A model generated the notes under the pieces. The model had not been told where the DNA came from. It did not search any database and saw only the letters and a program-made list of their open reading frames with translations. A stretch of 62,105 nt of DNA, counting the filler, from Choristocarpus tenellus KU-1152 (taxonomy: Eukaryota; Protista; Phaeophyceae): the NCBI GenBank assembly GCA_964200185.2. It is 13 parts of 13 records of this genome, joined end to end, with 100 filler letters (N's around TTAATTAATTAA, not from the genome) between each part and the next. Parts side by side here need not be neighbours in the genome. Positions count along the whole stretch, not along the records: positions 30,372 to 36,144 come from CAXNAD020009787.1; positions 36,245 to 40,461 come from CAXNAD020015633.1; positions 40,562 to 46,822 come from CAXNAD020008541.1; positions 46,923 to 49,834 come from CAXNAD020023710.1; 9 more parts are not named here. One strand, written 5' to 3'. Made by a program: the position numbers and the translations under genes. This document shows positions 34,161-48,613 of the stretch, in pieces. The stretch's first letter is position 1; each line of letters begins with the position of its first letter.

Positions 34161-36859
34161 GTGGAATGGATTTGATATCATTATTGATATTATGATCACT
34201 ACTACACTTGTTTGAAAAAAACAGGATATTCTTCTTGGGGTGGGTAGACAACTCTCCTGGACAAATCATATTTGTTATTTTGTGACAAGAAATTTGTTAG
34301 GGTTAGTGTTAGGGTGATGCATACCGTGGATGGTTGTTTCTTTTTTGCATGGTCATACCTGGTCATTCAAATCGTTCCCTGGTGGTGATTGAAATGGACA
34401 GGTGCTGTGCCTTCGATGTGAGTTAAGAGCCTGATGGATATCGACCTGATATTCACAAGTAATATGTTTTTGCTTTCTTTTTATTCTACCTCTAGGGAGG
34501 AATATAGCGCTGATTTGGACTGGCAGAAATGTATCGAATTTTTGTGGGTCAGTAAGTCATGTGATGGGATGGGATGGGATGGGATGTTACCTTGTGGGCT
34601 AGAGACTCGTTGTAATGATAGTGGTAGAGGTGTTAGTAGTACTAGTTAAGGCGTTACCTTATGATCAACGAAACATTTTTTCAAAGAGGTCAACAAGGCC
34701 TTTCAAATGGTGAAAAGAGGGGTCACCCAGCACATTGTCATCATTGAACCTCTGTAAGCTGTACTCATCAGCAAGGAACATCTAACGGTAGTCTGAACAT
34801 ACCCTTCAACCTATTTCCTTATTATAGTCATGTAGAGTGGACTGAGGGGTACCCACCTGAGCCACCTTGCCACAGTTTCCTTATGAAGTTATTGACTCCG
34901 TGGAAATAGCTTTGAGGGCATCTAGCAGGTCAGTGACTATGTTATTGACAAAGGTATTGTCTAGGTTATTGCTGGTACCCCTAAAGGTAACCATAGCTTG
35001 ACATAACTTGGGATAAACAATGTTTTCACTACCATCCCTCTGAGACCTGCTTGCAGAAAGCCTTCCAAAGCCTTTTGATTGAGATGATCTGAGTATTGCT
35101 CGGAGGTATATCTCTTTGTGTCACTTTTGTATTTTTTTGTCATGGCGATAGGAGTCTTATTCCCATTTTTTGACAATCAGTGTCAGACTCTTTCTTCTTT
35201 TTTAGTATTGGATTTCAACTACAAGAGTACTGATGCTGTTGATTGTGGCTCAGATTATTTGTATGATTCGGTTCTGCATTGTGATAATTGTGATTGATTA
35301 TGCACTCCCCGCATTGATTGCATGTCACACACTAGTTAACGCTAAGTGTTGCACCTGTGTCATGGCCATCTTCTCGCCATCAATGAATTCGGGTTATGGT
35401 CAAACCCTTACCCAAGAAACTTTTTTTTTCTCCTTTCCTGTAACTGTCAATGTAACTGACACTTTTTAGGCACTTTTTGAAGTCATCGAGACCTGAGCCA
35501 AATCGTATCTTTCCATTCCACCTCTCTGCATTCACTCTCTTTACCCTAACCCTATAACCCTTCAGGTAATTGGTGGTATAATCAAGGCCTCTCCCACCCT
35601 CATACACAGCCCCTTGATACTGCAACTGGTGAGGATGCAGCAGCGCCTTGCTGCAGCATCCTGTGTGTACATCCCCTGTACCTCGCCGCTCCTAACCGTC
35701 TTGCGGAGCCCTCCTCTCTTCAAGAAGGTGACATGAGATGGTGTTCATGTTTTGTTGCATTGATGCTGCATTGATGTGTACACACACCCCTTCTGTTGGA
35801 GACTGTGCAGGCTTCATGGCGTCTTTCCTGACAGAAATAAGCTCTACCACTTCTGAATTTGATGAAAACATGGGGGAGGGGGAGGGGGAACTTTTAATCT
35901 GTTGGTTGGCTGATCTAATATATTATACCTTATCTGAGTCTGAGAGAGAGGGTTGGTATTGAATTTTAATGAGCACTATGAAGTACCTTGTGATATGTGG
36001 GTTTTGAATGAGAGCGGTGGAGGACTCTTTGAGGTAGTAAGGTGTTCGCAGGCTATCTTCTTCTGCAATCAAACCCTAACCCTAACCCAAGGTGAAAAAA
36101 AGGGGGGGGGGAAAGTTGTATTTATTTCAGGCGGCATATCGAGGNNNNNNNNNNNNNNNNNNNNNNNNNNNNNNNNNNNNNNNNNNNNTTAATTAATTAA
36201 NNNNNNNNNNNNNNNNNNNNNNNNNNNNNNNNNNNNNNNNNNNNCGCTTCGTCTCCGAATTATAAAAAGAACAATGAGGGGATTATTGAATGAAAGTATC
36301 TGGGGGGGGGGGGGGAGATATTAATAGAGATTTATGATCTAATAGAAGATAGTACGAAAAACAATCCCCAATTTCAATTCATTATTTGCAGTGGTGACAG
36401 TTAAACTGAAAACATGAAGAACCTCAACAAGCAGGCGTTCAATTACGCAATTCCTCAAACACGTCTTTGCCCGTATTGTCAGCAGCCATTGTAATTGTAA
36501 GCAGAGAAATAAATACTGCCGGTTGAAAGTCAAAGTGGGGCTCTTTGATCCAACAGTTTCAAAGGATATTCGCATAAATTAAAGGCCTAGTAAATAAAAA
36601 AAAAGATACATTATTATTTTCGTAGAAGAGTGTTCCAAGATCAGGATACAGTTCAGAGTAGAAGCACTAGGGTAAGGGCTGGACATCACAGAGTCAGGGC
36701 AAATGACTACTACTGACGTTCTGTGTTAATGCCACAGCAGGAAAAACTTGCACTAGGGTATCACAGCCGACCTGGTGAAATGCACATGGAAGAAAACATG
36801 TTATCGCCACATTACAGTGGCATAAAACATAGGACACCATGAACAGGATAGAATCTAAC

Positions 36860-39800
36860 CTCAGGTTGTATCTTACAGGGCCATCCAGGAGAGCTGTTGT
36901 TGGCAAGCACCAAGTATAAGCGTAAGGTCTGATAATTGTCTGATAATTATCTGATAATTATCTGACAATTATCGGTGTATATATGACCAATTCAACAGGG
37001 ATAATTCAAATTCCTCTTTCTGATTTTTATTTGACAACAGGGAGCTAGCTACCTGCTCTCAAAGAAGCGTACGGTCACGATAGATTATTTTTATTTTAGC
37101 ACTTCTCGATGGCCTGTATAAATAATAATAAAAAAAGATTCCTCATAGCGAACCCAATATTACCTGCATCTTCTACACAACATGCAATGAACAATGAAAT
37201 AACGTCAGTTCTAGACAAAGTTGTATATACATACATATATACATAATATGTATATACATTGCAATCACATACTTTCTTGAGAGCTGGATCCTTCCTTATG
37301 TAAAGTCAAAAATCAGAATTTGAATCAGCCACGTATATGCACATTGTACAGCCCAAGAAAAAGATGGCACCATATGCACATGCCCACACCTCCGAGGCAC
37401 TAATTCACCCCTCACACACACAAAAAACTCACCAAAGGGAATAACGAAATGACTATGGAACAACTACCTAACCTTAACCCTAACCCTAACACTATATACT
37501 CAAAACCCCCTTTGAAAACAAAAGACTTGTTGAGTCTTCCTCAGGAAATATCTTCGCCATGATAAGCAACACACAACAGAATTAAAAAAAATGAATATCA
37601 GATTCAGGATGAGTGGACAGCGTACCTGAATAAAAATATGCAAGTCTACATTCACACACAAACACCCCTTAAAAAAAAAAAGAGTACAGAAGTTTCCTGT
37701 GCAAAACTCTTCTTCTCTGTGATACACAACAACAAAGGGAGGCAGTGGCCACTATTTGAATCTCAGATTCGGAAGAAGATTAAAAAATATATATATACCC
37801 AACCAAAAAAAAAGAAGAGAAGTTCAAGCGCACGCAAGGTCAAGGGTTCTCAGCCTTTTGAGGTAGAACACAACACAGGACACACACATTGCTATGAGAT
37901 ACAACGATTTGCACAAACCTAGTTTCAACCAACAGCTCTGCTTCCAGCACAGGAAGGCTGATAGCCAGCTCCCACAACTTGGGGCATGTCACCACCCTCG
38001 AGATCATCTCCGGAGTGCCATATGGGGGCCAGTCTTCCACCACAGGGGGTACACCCCAAGGTGACTCCCCCGGCTTCAATGGTCCAAAGAAACAGTCCAG
38101 CTCACAGTAATTGTCTTATGCATTGAATGTGGGGACAAATCGATCTTTTCTCCGTAAGACAATGATAAAATAAGATGATAAAACATCTATGTACACAGGT
38201 TTTTGAGGCCGTTTTGGACAGTGTGTGCTTGCATCTGTGCCAAGCATAAGGGATACCTGGGGAGGGGGTTGGGGGGGCATCTGGTTGTGGTAATCGTAAT
38301 GGTGAAGACTTTCCACATTGGAGAAGACAAAATCTGAAAGTATGTACACCAATTTGTCACTCTTCTTTAGGAGCATGCACTGGGGAACCCAAGTGAAGAA
38401 GGGTGTGTTGTTGAGAGCTGTAACTACTGATGTGTTGGTCTGTGGTGTTGGATGTGTCTGGATGGGCTGCAATTTAAATGCCAAGGATTGCAACTAGGGA
38501 TAGGTAAGCAATCAACTTTCCTATAGAAATATAGCAGCTGAGAGCTATGAGGAGAGATGGCGGGGGAGGGAGAGGGGGGGAGGGAAGCGGACTAGGTAAG
38601 ACTACTACTTTCACCAAATAGTGACAAAAAACAACTATGAACTTCCATAAAAGAAAAACATGTACTTCAGAAAGTAGTGCTAGAAAACCAGGATAAGAGG
38701 CTTGCCTCGTAGCAGTAACTCTAACCCTTGACACCACTACATGTAGAAAAAAAAAAATTATATCTAGCGAACCTACACATTGTACAGAGGAGAAGGACTT
38801 GAAGTTGAAGTTGAAGTTAAATGCAAGTAACAGCGCTAGCTAGCTAGGGCTAGGGCCAGGAGCGAAGGCAGTACTTAAAAAAAAAAAATACTTTCAAATC
38901 GTTCAAACTCCTCCCCTCGCCATCTCACCGTAATACACACTGAGTAGCATGAAGTACTCCGCCATGGTCGGCCTCAAATACATTCCGGGTGGTCTCTCTC
39001 CCCGCCGGCGTGACTCCTCCTCCTCCTCAACCCCATACTCCGGCACCGAAATGAGCGTGCGCGACCCGCATAGACCCGGCCCCGAATCCACAAGCAGTAT
39101 AAGGTCTACTTCCTGCAGAGTCACCTCTCGCCATCGCATCCTTGCACCCACCCCTCCCGCCCCCTCGCCAATCACCTCTGCTGCACCTGCCGTTGGCCCA
39201 CCCTCCCCAAGTTCAACTTTCATTCCGTTCCCTCCTACGCTCGAGCTGCTGGCATTGCTGTCACCTCTCCGGTGGCCAAAGGATCCCCAAGTTGATGTCG
39301 GGGTCACAGACGGAGCAGCAGACGCCACTCCCGACAAGTGGGGGGCAAGGGGTATGGGCAAATACACTGGCTTTCCATCTCCCACTTCCCAGAACCTTGA
39401 CAGCACTTCTGTATCAGGAGGTATTGTCTCATCACCCTCCCGTTCCGCCGCAGCCCCTCCACCAGCGCTTCCGCTGCGTCCTCTGCCCCCCAACTCAACT
39501 CCAACTCCCCCAATCCCATCACTACCAGCACCAATGTTCCCATCAGCACCACCAACATTACCTTCACCATCACCATCAGGTCCTGATACCGATGCACTGG
39601 CTACAGCTACAGCTACAGCAGCAGCAGCAGAGGCCACAGCTTCAGCTTCTGCTGCTGCTGTAGCACCATTTGTAGTGGGTTCATCAAGCCTCTCAACCAG
39701 GGCTACAAATATCCGCGCACCCTTCAGGTGTACCCCAATACGTCGGACTGAGGACCTCTTGGTACCGGTTGCACTGGTGGTGGTTGCAGTGGCTGTGGCA

Positions 39801-39937
39801 GTTGAGGCTGTAGCGGAGGGGGGAGGGGACCGGTTTGGGGCACTAGCAGCAGTGGAAGGCGGTGGAGGGGTGGAGAAGGATGGGGGGGGGGTCTTGGTCT
39901 CGCTGAATTGTCCAGCGGGTGTCCCACTCTTCCTCTT
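36860..39937 (-). CDS. Fragment of a large protein, possibly VPS13-like (3 exons)
   Basis: Phase-consistent exons 38929-39937, 37919-38114 and 36860-36893. Beta-strand-like blocks are separated by Gly/Ala/Ser loops, with ...YLRPTMAEYFMLLSVYY|DNYCEL... reminiscent of the VPS13 Y..L.....N..E repeat motif. Coding status is well supported; the family label is weak. Confidence 0.65.
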
Positions 39938-42900
39938 CTTTATAGCGTAGGCAGGTGCGTTGGTGGGTTAAGGAGGTGGAGGAGGGCAGGCGGGGGAGGG
40001 TGAAGGAAAAAATGCAACAAGTGCAAGAGAGTAATGGGGAAATGCTGTTCTTACCCTTAAATCGAACAAACAAACATGAAAATATTTTGATGTTGGATGG
40101 CATGCTACAACAGTTGTTGAGATTATACCAACACCAGCAGTGTATGCAATTTACTCCAAAATGTCGACTGCACTCCTTTACTCCCAATCCACACAAAAGA
40201 CACATACATAGACATGCACATACATACACAAGCACATTTGCTCTCCAGCATTCACGAACTCTCAGAAGTTCATAACTTTCAGAGGAATGGCAAGCTTAGT
40301 TCAAAAGATCATGGCGTCACTTTGTACTATACCCCCTCCATGCCGTATCACCCTTCCTACAACTAACCCAGCAGCAAGTCATACAAACACCCCCCCCCCC
40401 CCCCCACCCCAACCCCCCCGCCAAGCACCCACCACACACGGCAGCACCTCTAACATCCCCANNNNNNNNNNNNNNNNNNNNNNNNNNNNNNNNNNNNNNN
40501 NNNNNTTAATTAATTAANNNNNNNNNNNNNNNNNNNNNNNNNNNNNNNNNNNNNNNNNNNNCACTACTTTCCGCGCACCATTTTGGGTCAAACCCATCCT
40601 CCATAGTATGCTCCATCCTCAATTTTGGTGAGAGGCTGTTTTTACGAGGTCTCTTAGCATACCAACGGGCAAAACCCACCCTTGTTTCGTTTATGATACA
40701 TTCTGACCAGTGTTGCTTGCCATCCATCTACGACTTGAGACCCACATCGTCATGCTCACAATAGAAGTACAGTACCAAAATATGTTCGGTAAGAAGTGCT
40801 ATTTAAGCAGTGGAGGTGTAGGGAAGTCAATATGAAAGTGATAGAGTTAGTGGAAGAGTATGACTTTGAAAGAAACTGGTTATGGTATGAATAATCGGAA
40901 ACACAACGTAATAAGCGATATGCGTATATTTGCGGGATATTTATCACGTCATTCCGATACATCGATCACCGCATACATTGTAGATATCTGATTGGGGGGA
41001 GCTTTCGATCCGATCTCAAAATCGACCAACTGCGGATTTTAAAAATATTTACTTCAATAGTGTGAAGGAAGGTGTACCAAACGTAATCGAGTGGGTATGG
41101 TCAGTAGAGTAACACGGGGCATCAACTACTACTTCAATGTATCCTCTTTGTACAATTGCACTTCATATCCCACCTGACCTACTGAGTAGATTTCCAGGTC
41201 GATTTTCCTGTAATCGATGAACTCATTACATGAGATTCAATCGCTGTCATTCACAACACCATGTTGCATGAAGCGTATGAAGTTTAGGGTTAGGGTTGAT
41301 ACATACTCAAGTATATACATACTGGATCACTCAACATCAAGCGTATGTACCACAATTCATACTGGCATTGACGTGAATAATAATAATAATAATAATAGTG
41401 AGTTCTATCTCATCATCAGTACAAAAACAACCACCACACTGAGCAACCTCGCCACTCAGCCCATACCTGTTGCCACATTCCAACAACAAACCCAAGGTGA
41501 GGTTGACTGGCATCTAAGTAATGCCGCATCTTGCTTTGCTGGTGCTGACCCCTTAACACAGATTCTTCTGAATTCAGAGTGACTCGTTGAAATCCAGTGT
41601 GACATCTCCTAGATTATTTTTTTTAGGCCATCCAACCGAGCACAAGGAGCATCATGACCCAAGAGGGCTGAGATCAAAGCATAGGTCGAGCCATAAAAAC
41701 AATAGAAGATCTCTGTACAACTAGAATGCATGGACAGAATCAAAGACAAAGTCACCATCAGTGCTCCTTCAGCTTCAGTGCACCTTCAGCTCTCTTGGTT
41801 TCTATGAACACATGACCAGAGAGCAAGGAGCACACCAATGGTTGTGAATACTTGAATTAGTTACTTTACCCATTAAAATCAACACAGCAAAAGAAACCTA
41901 TCCTGATTGCCATGAAAATAAACTCACATACTTTAATATTGATATCATTGGATCATTATTGCTGCTGATGTATGGTGTAACGAGTTTTTCTCCTCATTAT
42001 ACCACCACTTCAAGCATGCCAATCAAAGTTGTCAAATCCATCCCAGTCTTTACTATGTATTGTTATCAGAACTGTACTCCCTGTCAACACTTTCACTCCT
42101 TCCCTACAACTCTGGAAAGACTCCTCCTTGTACATGAGGTCCCCACACAGCACTCACCTTCCCATGGTGCTGATCTAACCCCCCTTGCCCTGTTGTTCTT
42201 ATTAAATCATTATCATCACTGTTGGTAACATTCACAATGATCCACAGGGTCACAAACTGATGGTCAAAAGGTAATGGGAAAGAACAAAGACAATACTTGA
42301 GAAAATACAAATACTATAAAAAAATAAGGGTCCAATGTACCTAAGAAGGGCAATCAAGAACACCCAAGCATAATCTGTAAGCACCCAATATGTAGCTCAA
42401 AATGCCACCAATATAATCAAGATCACCACTCGTCCAAAAGATTAAACTATTAATCTATTAAACTATTAATCTATTAAACCGCCCACTGGTACCACTCGTG
42501 TTCAGGTTTACGACAACACAAACACAAAAATAAAATAAATAAATAAACCTCTCATTTTTCACACAATATCAAATAAATAAATAAACCTCTGTGTGTATCT
42601 GTCCACTCGTACTCCCTTCAGCCCTATAGGATAACATAACATACTGTCAAACCTCTCACAACTCTTCTGCGCATTCTCCTCATCCCATTTTTTTTTTGTA
42701 ATGCTGCTTTCCAACGATAATAGCATTCGTTACACTATCAGTACCACCACCAGAAACACAACCTGTGAGAGTTATTGCTACTGCTAAGCAAGGAGATGCT
42801 AAGACACTGTTCAAAATATCCAAGTCCCACGAAACTAAACAGAATGACGACAAACTCAACACATCCCCAAAACCAGACTGCAAACACTCACTCCCCGGCG

Positions 42901-43222
42901 ATAACAACGCAAGATCAATCAACAATCACTCAAGACACCCCCCATCGCAACACCCAGCAAATTTGCCGGTCATTGAACAGGCAGCTTGCCACAAAACGCT
43001 CAAAACTCTTTTGAGTCTCAGATCGTTGAAGTTTTCACCACAGGATGTCCAGTTAGTTGCAACTGATTGCACCCTCCTGGTGGCAACATGACGACACACT
43101 AACACCTCTCATTTCCACACCATCCCATACTCATCCACACCAAATCACAATTCAACACATATACATACCCATCTACACCGAATCACAATTCAAAATTCAC
43201 AAATACACGCTTGACTGCGCCC

Positions 43223-46200
43223 CTACCCTTGAGCTGACCTTCCACCCCTCCCTGCTGCATGATCCCGCTCAGCTCGCCTTCGCTTCGCTTCACCGTTTCC
43301 TGCAGGGTCAGTTGCAACCCTCCTTCGGTAGGTACTCAGATTGTCAAGGCAGTCAATGCAACGCTCTAGCCCATGCCCCTTCATGAGTTGGCTGAAGGAG
43401 AAACACTCCTCAGACCTGCTGAGCCCACAGGAAGCGCATCTCCTCACTCGGCGAGATGCTGTCCCTCCCCTAATGCATAGAGTGCATCGTTCTCTTCCCA
43501 CTCTATTCAGCAGCTGGTTTGAGGAGAAAGAGCTCCTTACCTTCCACTCTCCACAATCAAAGCACTCGATCTGGCCATCTCCAGTTCGGGGCACGGCCTG
43601 GGGTGAAGGGGGATCGACTGGGGTACGCCGGCACGTGGATGAGCACTCAATACACCGTCGACACCTCTGCAAGCCCTCCCTCCTCTTCCTAAGCTGAGTC
43701 ACAGAGAAGGAGTCTAAGGACTTGCACCTGTCACAGGCTGAACAAAGGATGAGTTGTGCCCGTGGCGGTGGCAGCGGGGACACTGACGCTGCTGATGCCG
43801 CCCTTGTCTGACTGATTGGTGGACGGTCATCACCAGATTCAGCATAGCTTGAGGCATCACTGCTGTACTCACTATCACTTGCAGAATCCTGCACAGTACG
43901 GCAAGTGCATTGATTGGGGGAACTTGACGCCATGAGAAAAGGTATTAGGTTGAAAAGAGTGGGAAAGAGATTTCACAGAAACCCCACAGCTTGAAATGAA
44001 TATAGTAGAGTCCCTCTCTATCACAGGAGAGGGGGGCATTACAGATTTTCAGTTGCATGTTCATGGAGAAGGGTGGTGAGGGGATACAAAAGACTACACA
44101 AGAGATGGTTATCCTTCTGATATGAGATCATTTAAGTATGACCCTATCATTAACCCTGCTATCACTCACAACGGCAATGCACTTTACCTGTATCCATCAA
44201 TTGACGAATCAACCAACATGTCCCTAGTATTGAGGGGAAAAAATGCAAGATTTCAGTCTACCAGTCAGGGTATCAAACAACCCTAACCCTAACCTCAATA
44301 CTACATTACACGCCCTTCATACACGGCAGCTCCACTGCAACAATCACAATGCCCCTGTAGCTTCCACTCACCTCAGTACCAGTGAAATCATCCTCAGATG
44401 ACGATGAGCTATCATTTTGATGCAGCGATCCCAGCAACTGCTGCACAAATGTCAGGGGTGACCCTAGTACCTGATGCGCCACATGTCCAGCCTCCTCTGT
44501 CTCTTGTGCCCGCTGTGCAGTAGCAGGTCTGCCCTCAGACAGCCTCGGGGGCTCAAGACGGATGCGCTCATTCTGTTGACGAAGGTGACGAAGAGCTTCC
44601 ACTTCATGCACCCTTGCTTCAAGGGATAGCTGGCGTTCCCTCAGCTGACGTGCAGCCTCCTCTCTCATCTGCTCCCTCTCCAGCCGTCCTCTCTCCTCCC
44701 AATGCTGTCGAACCCTCCCCACCAGGGACGCAAGGCGTACTCGCTGCTGACGTGCTGCTTCCCCTTCAACCTGCTCTCTTTCTCGTCGCTGCCCCTCAAG
44801 TCGTTCCCTCGCCTCTCGTAGTCTCCCCTCTCTCTCCCTAGCCTGCCACTGGTGCATCCTTGCCTCCACAAGCTCCTGTCGCCGTTGACGCGTGTCCATC
44901 TCTTCCGTCCGCTCCCTCCCCCGACCATGTCGACCATGTTCCCCCGACTGCCCTTGGCGCCCTGGCCCTGAGGACAACTCCTCAGCAATCGTCCCATTGT
45001 AGTTGTCAAATTCATCTCGACCTTGCTCATCAAGTGCCTGGCGACGCCTTTCTGTACGCTGCTGCCCGTGTAAAAAATTCTCTGCTTCCCGGTGCAAGAG
45101 TACCTGTTGTTCTTCTTCACCTCGCACATGCTGGTCAAGTTCTACCTGTGCACCTTGATCACTATCGCTATGTTCTCTCTGCATCTCACGAAGTGGAACG
45201 AAAATACTACGTTGTTGCGGAATGTCGAACCGATCCCTTCTCATCAAATTTCGTACTGTGTCGTCGATCGACGACTCCGAACCTTCATCTTCCTCGCCAT
45301 TATCCCGCCGGAGACGCAAGTAGTCCATGAGGGCCTGTTCATCCTCATCAAAATCAAAACTATCTTCGGACTCCTCGCCCCCCTGCGTAGAGTCAAACTC
45401 CACACAGTTCCTCTGTCTTTTTTTATTAACCAAATTAAGACCTCTCTCCACTCGTGATTTCCATTCTGCTCCAGCCATCCCTACTGCCGTAACGGCTTCC
45501 TCGATAACCTGGCCTTGTACAAAAAGTATAGCAAAAAATAAGCAGTGATGGAAGCGAAGGGAATGAGGAACGGAATGCAGTGATCGTAACGGGGCTGGCA
45601 ATTGCAGTCGAGGAGAGGACGTCACACTAAGCAAGAATCTCAAATCTGGCGAACCGTACCTCATCCAGGATGAGGCATCGGCGTGTGTCACCCCTAGATA
45701 CAGAGGCATGGCAGATGGGGCAGGGAAGATCTGAATGCTTCTTGTCCTGTATATCATCAAGTGGCACAGGGTTTGGGACATAAGAATTGAGGGAGCAACT
45801 CAGTGGCAAAGGTGTCTTGTTGAAGCGGAAGGTGTCTCATGTATTAGAATGGAACATGTAAGGAAACGTCCTGATGAAGGCAATACAATCCGACTGCTGC
45901 TTACTAGCATTTGCTCCTTTCAAACTTTGACGTCAACTGCTCCAAATTCCACGTTTGAAAGATTTCGAAGTAGTACATCCTCCACTTCAACGACTTTCTC
46001 TCTGATGGGCATAGCTTATCGAGCACCACCTAGGTGAGGAACAACGTGCAGATTGGCTAGATACCATTCTGTCAACCCATAGTTCGACTCCCGCTCCTTT
46101 ATCTCCACAAGAGCAGACATTTGGACCACTATTAGTCCCCACTACTGATACTGCTGGATAACTTGCCATCATCAAACATTTCAGAAGGTATTTTGGTCAC

Positions 46201-46401
46201 CTTTCCGAACCATTCATCTATGCAGCTCCAGCAGCCACTGTGCCCACAAGGAAGCACCGATACCACCGCCATGTAATCAAGGCAGATAGGGCACTCAAGG
46301 TTTCTGTACCTTGGGTTCATCTCTTCGAACCCATTGGTCTTAGCTCTTTCATGTGCTACCACCCCCCGCCCGTTTCCCTTTCTCCTTTGACGATCCGCCA
46401 T
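43223..46401 (-). CDS. 696-aa protein: C3HC4 RING finger, long charged coiled coil and three Stc1-like C4 zinc fingers (4 exons)
   Basis: Exons 46201-46401, 45660-45746, 44372-45508 and 43223-43888, all phase 0 and GT-AG. Exons 1+2 rebuild C-x2-C-x11-C-x-H-x2-C-x2-C-x15-C-x2-C. The exon 3/4 junction (GAG|gtgagt ... tgcag|GAT) joins two Ser/Asp-rich stretches. Exon 4 has three C-x2-C-x8-FS-x2-QL-x8/9-C-x2-C repeats. Confidence 0.75.
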
Positions 46402-48613
46402 CTAAGCCTCTCAGGATGAGTCTGAAAGAGTGGAACAACGACAGTCCAAAGTTGGTGTTGGTGTTGGTGTTGGGTATTTACATGATTGATTGTTGTGTTC
46501 AAATAAAAATAATACGTGGTATGTTGAACGATGTTGAGTTGAGAGAGGAGATGCACGTCTTCGACATTTTAGAAATATAGAAATAATATAATTTCATATA
46601 ATTCTCATTCAAATTGAATTATGTATAATAAATATATCATAATATATGGGTTAAAAAGTTAGGAGTAGTAATATGTATGTGGCGGTAACTGAATCTAGAT
46701 CATTATGATTTTTCGAGTATGTGTAGTGCGGGGTGGAAACTGAACATGATGCTTTCAAAAGCATTTAAATGTGAGAGCCACATTCCACAGAAGGTATACC
46801 CTGAAGGTGACCTATCTTGAACNNNNNNNNNNNNNNNNNNNNNNNNNNNNNNNNNNNNNNNNNNNNTTAATTAATTAANNNNNNNNNNNNNNNNNNNNNN
46901 NNNNNNNNNNNNNNNNNNNNNNCCCCCCCTCAGATACTTTGACCCAGGTGTTGGAAATGAATTATGCAAGATGTAGGGCACAAGTCAGGAAGAGGCAATA
47001 GGGATCTCCCCTGTGAGTTTAACGCACCAAATTTGACGCCCATAGAACCAATACACTACCTTCAGTCTTACTTAGAAGCAGTAATGAGCAGAGGATGTTT
47101 TTTGTGCACTCATGTTCATTATGTTTATATCTTGTTGTCTCAATACCTGTGTGTAATATTAGGTGAATATTTTATGTTACTACTGAAATAAAAAAAACTG
47201 TAGAGCTTTTAAATATGATTTGATGGTGGTAGTATTTTTTATTTTGTATTTTACGTGTTTCAAGAGTAGAATACCCTTCAATCGTCCTCATGTAAAAATA
47301 AATTTGTCAGAGTTGAATCTGTTTGTACAGTAGTGGATTAGCTTATTGCCCAATGATTATACTTCCTCTTGTTCAGCATCTCGAAATGTTGCGTGAGTGA
47401 GGAAGATCTGTCGAACTGATGCTCACAATTGGTAAAATGATACACGCACAACTATTATTGAGTTTCTTCCTTTTTTATTCTATGGTGTGGTGTGGTAGTG
47501 TTTGTATATGTTCAAATTAGAAACTCATTCTAATGCATCTTTGACAAACCATTGGAAGGATAATACCTAATGTGTGAAACATGTTCGACATGATATGTAC
47601 TACTACCTACCAAAAAATACATTAAAGTATAGAAAGTAAGTTATACTTGGTTTGTCAAAGATATTCCTGCTGCACTGGCCCAACATTAGACGTCCTTGAT
47701 AAGTACTCCTCCTCAATGAATGAATCTTCTGCCCCAATTTGATATGCTTTGCCCGTTTTCCATATGGTACCAACATTGTTGTGAAGAAGATATGACACAG
47801 TAAGAAATGAAAGGGGACTTGGCTCTCAGATGGAGCACTATACAGTGGAAAACTGAGAAGAGAGCCGAACAAGTCAGAGATGCCCAATCGTTTGCAGGAG
47901 CGAACAACAAGTACGGCATTCTTGAGATTGGCAAGAGAGGGGAAGGCTATAAGTTAGGATCAACCGGATAAGAGCTGCATGTTGGAAGTGTGCCTGAGTT
48001 GGAGAGGCAGTACTGAACAGTGCCTTACTGTGTATGCTTCCGATGAGAGGGGGAGAGTCTTTATATGACAGTACTATTTTTGAACTTTTTTGCGAGTTTT
48101 GATATTTTTGTTTTTAGTTGTGGAAATTTAGCCATTGGTTTGGAAGTTGGACACGCGGAAAGCGGTCACAGTGGTTTGAAGAGTGGATATGTGAATTGGC
48201 AGCATAGATGGGGTAACGAGGTTGTGGTTTGACATCTGTGCGGTAACAAGGTGGTTATGTGATGCTGGTGTGGTATAGTGTTGGCAGTGACCTCCTGTGC
48301 ATCAACTTTGTCGTGCCATAACTTTTGATCAACAACAATTTTTCCATGAAAACTCGTTTGCTGTAATCGCATCAGCATGATTAACGTTATTTGATGGGTC
48401 TCGGTTGGTCAACTTACAGTAATCGTGAGAAATACAGGGCCATACTTGAATCAAATACGGTTCGCGCGGGGTGCCACACGGTGCGCGCGCACCGCACATT
48501 TAAGGATGATTTTGACTCCAGAAGAGCCCATCTTCACCCGGAGAACATGCGCGTTGTTGTCTCTCCATTCTCTTTCCATTATTTCCCGTTTATGCGATGT
48601 TTTCACCTGCTGA

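Noticed and set aside
34640-34960. Possible Gypsy integrase remnant (minus strand), and possible retroelement debris at 52000-54600
   Set aside because: The motif resemblance is too weak to support by eye; it needs a translated HMM search.
38949-39950. 333-aa plus-strand ORF
   Set aside because: Antisense shadow of a GC-rich minus-strand exon (38929-39937) that has proper splice sites and phase-consistent neighbours.
45509-45781. N-terminal 91 aa of the 491-aa ORF 44306-45781
   Set aside because: Read-through of intron sequence and an out-of-frame exon; the spliced model completes the RING finger instead.
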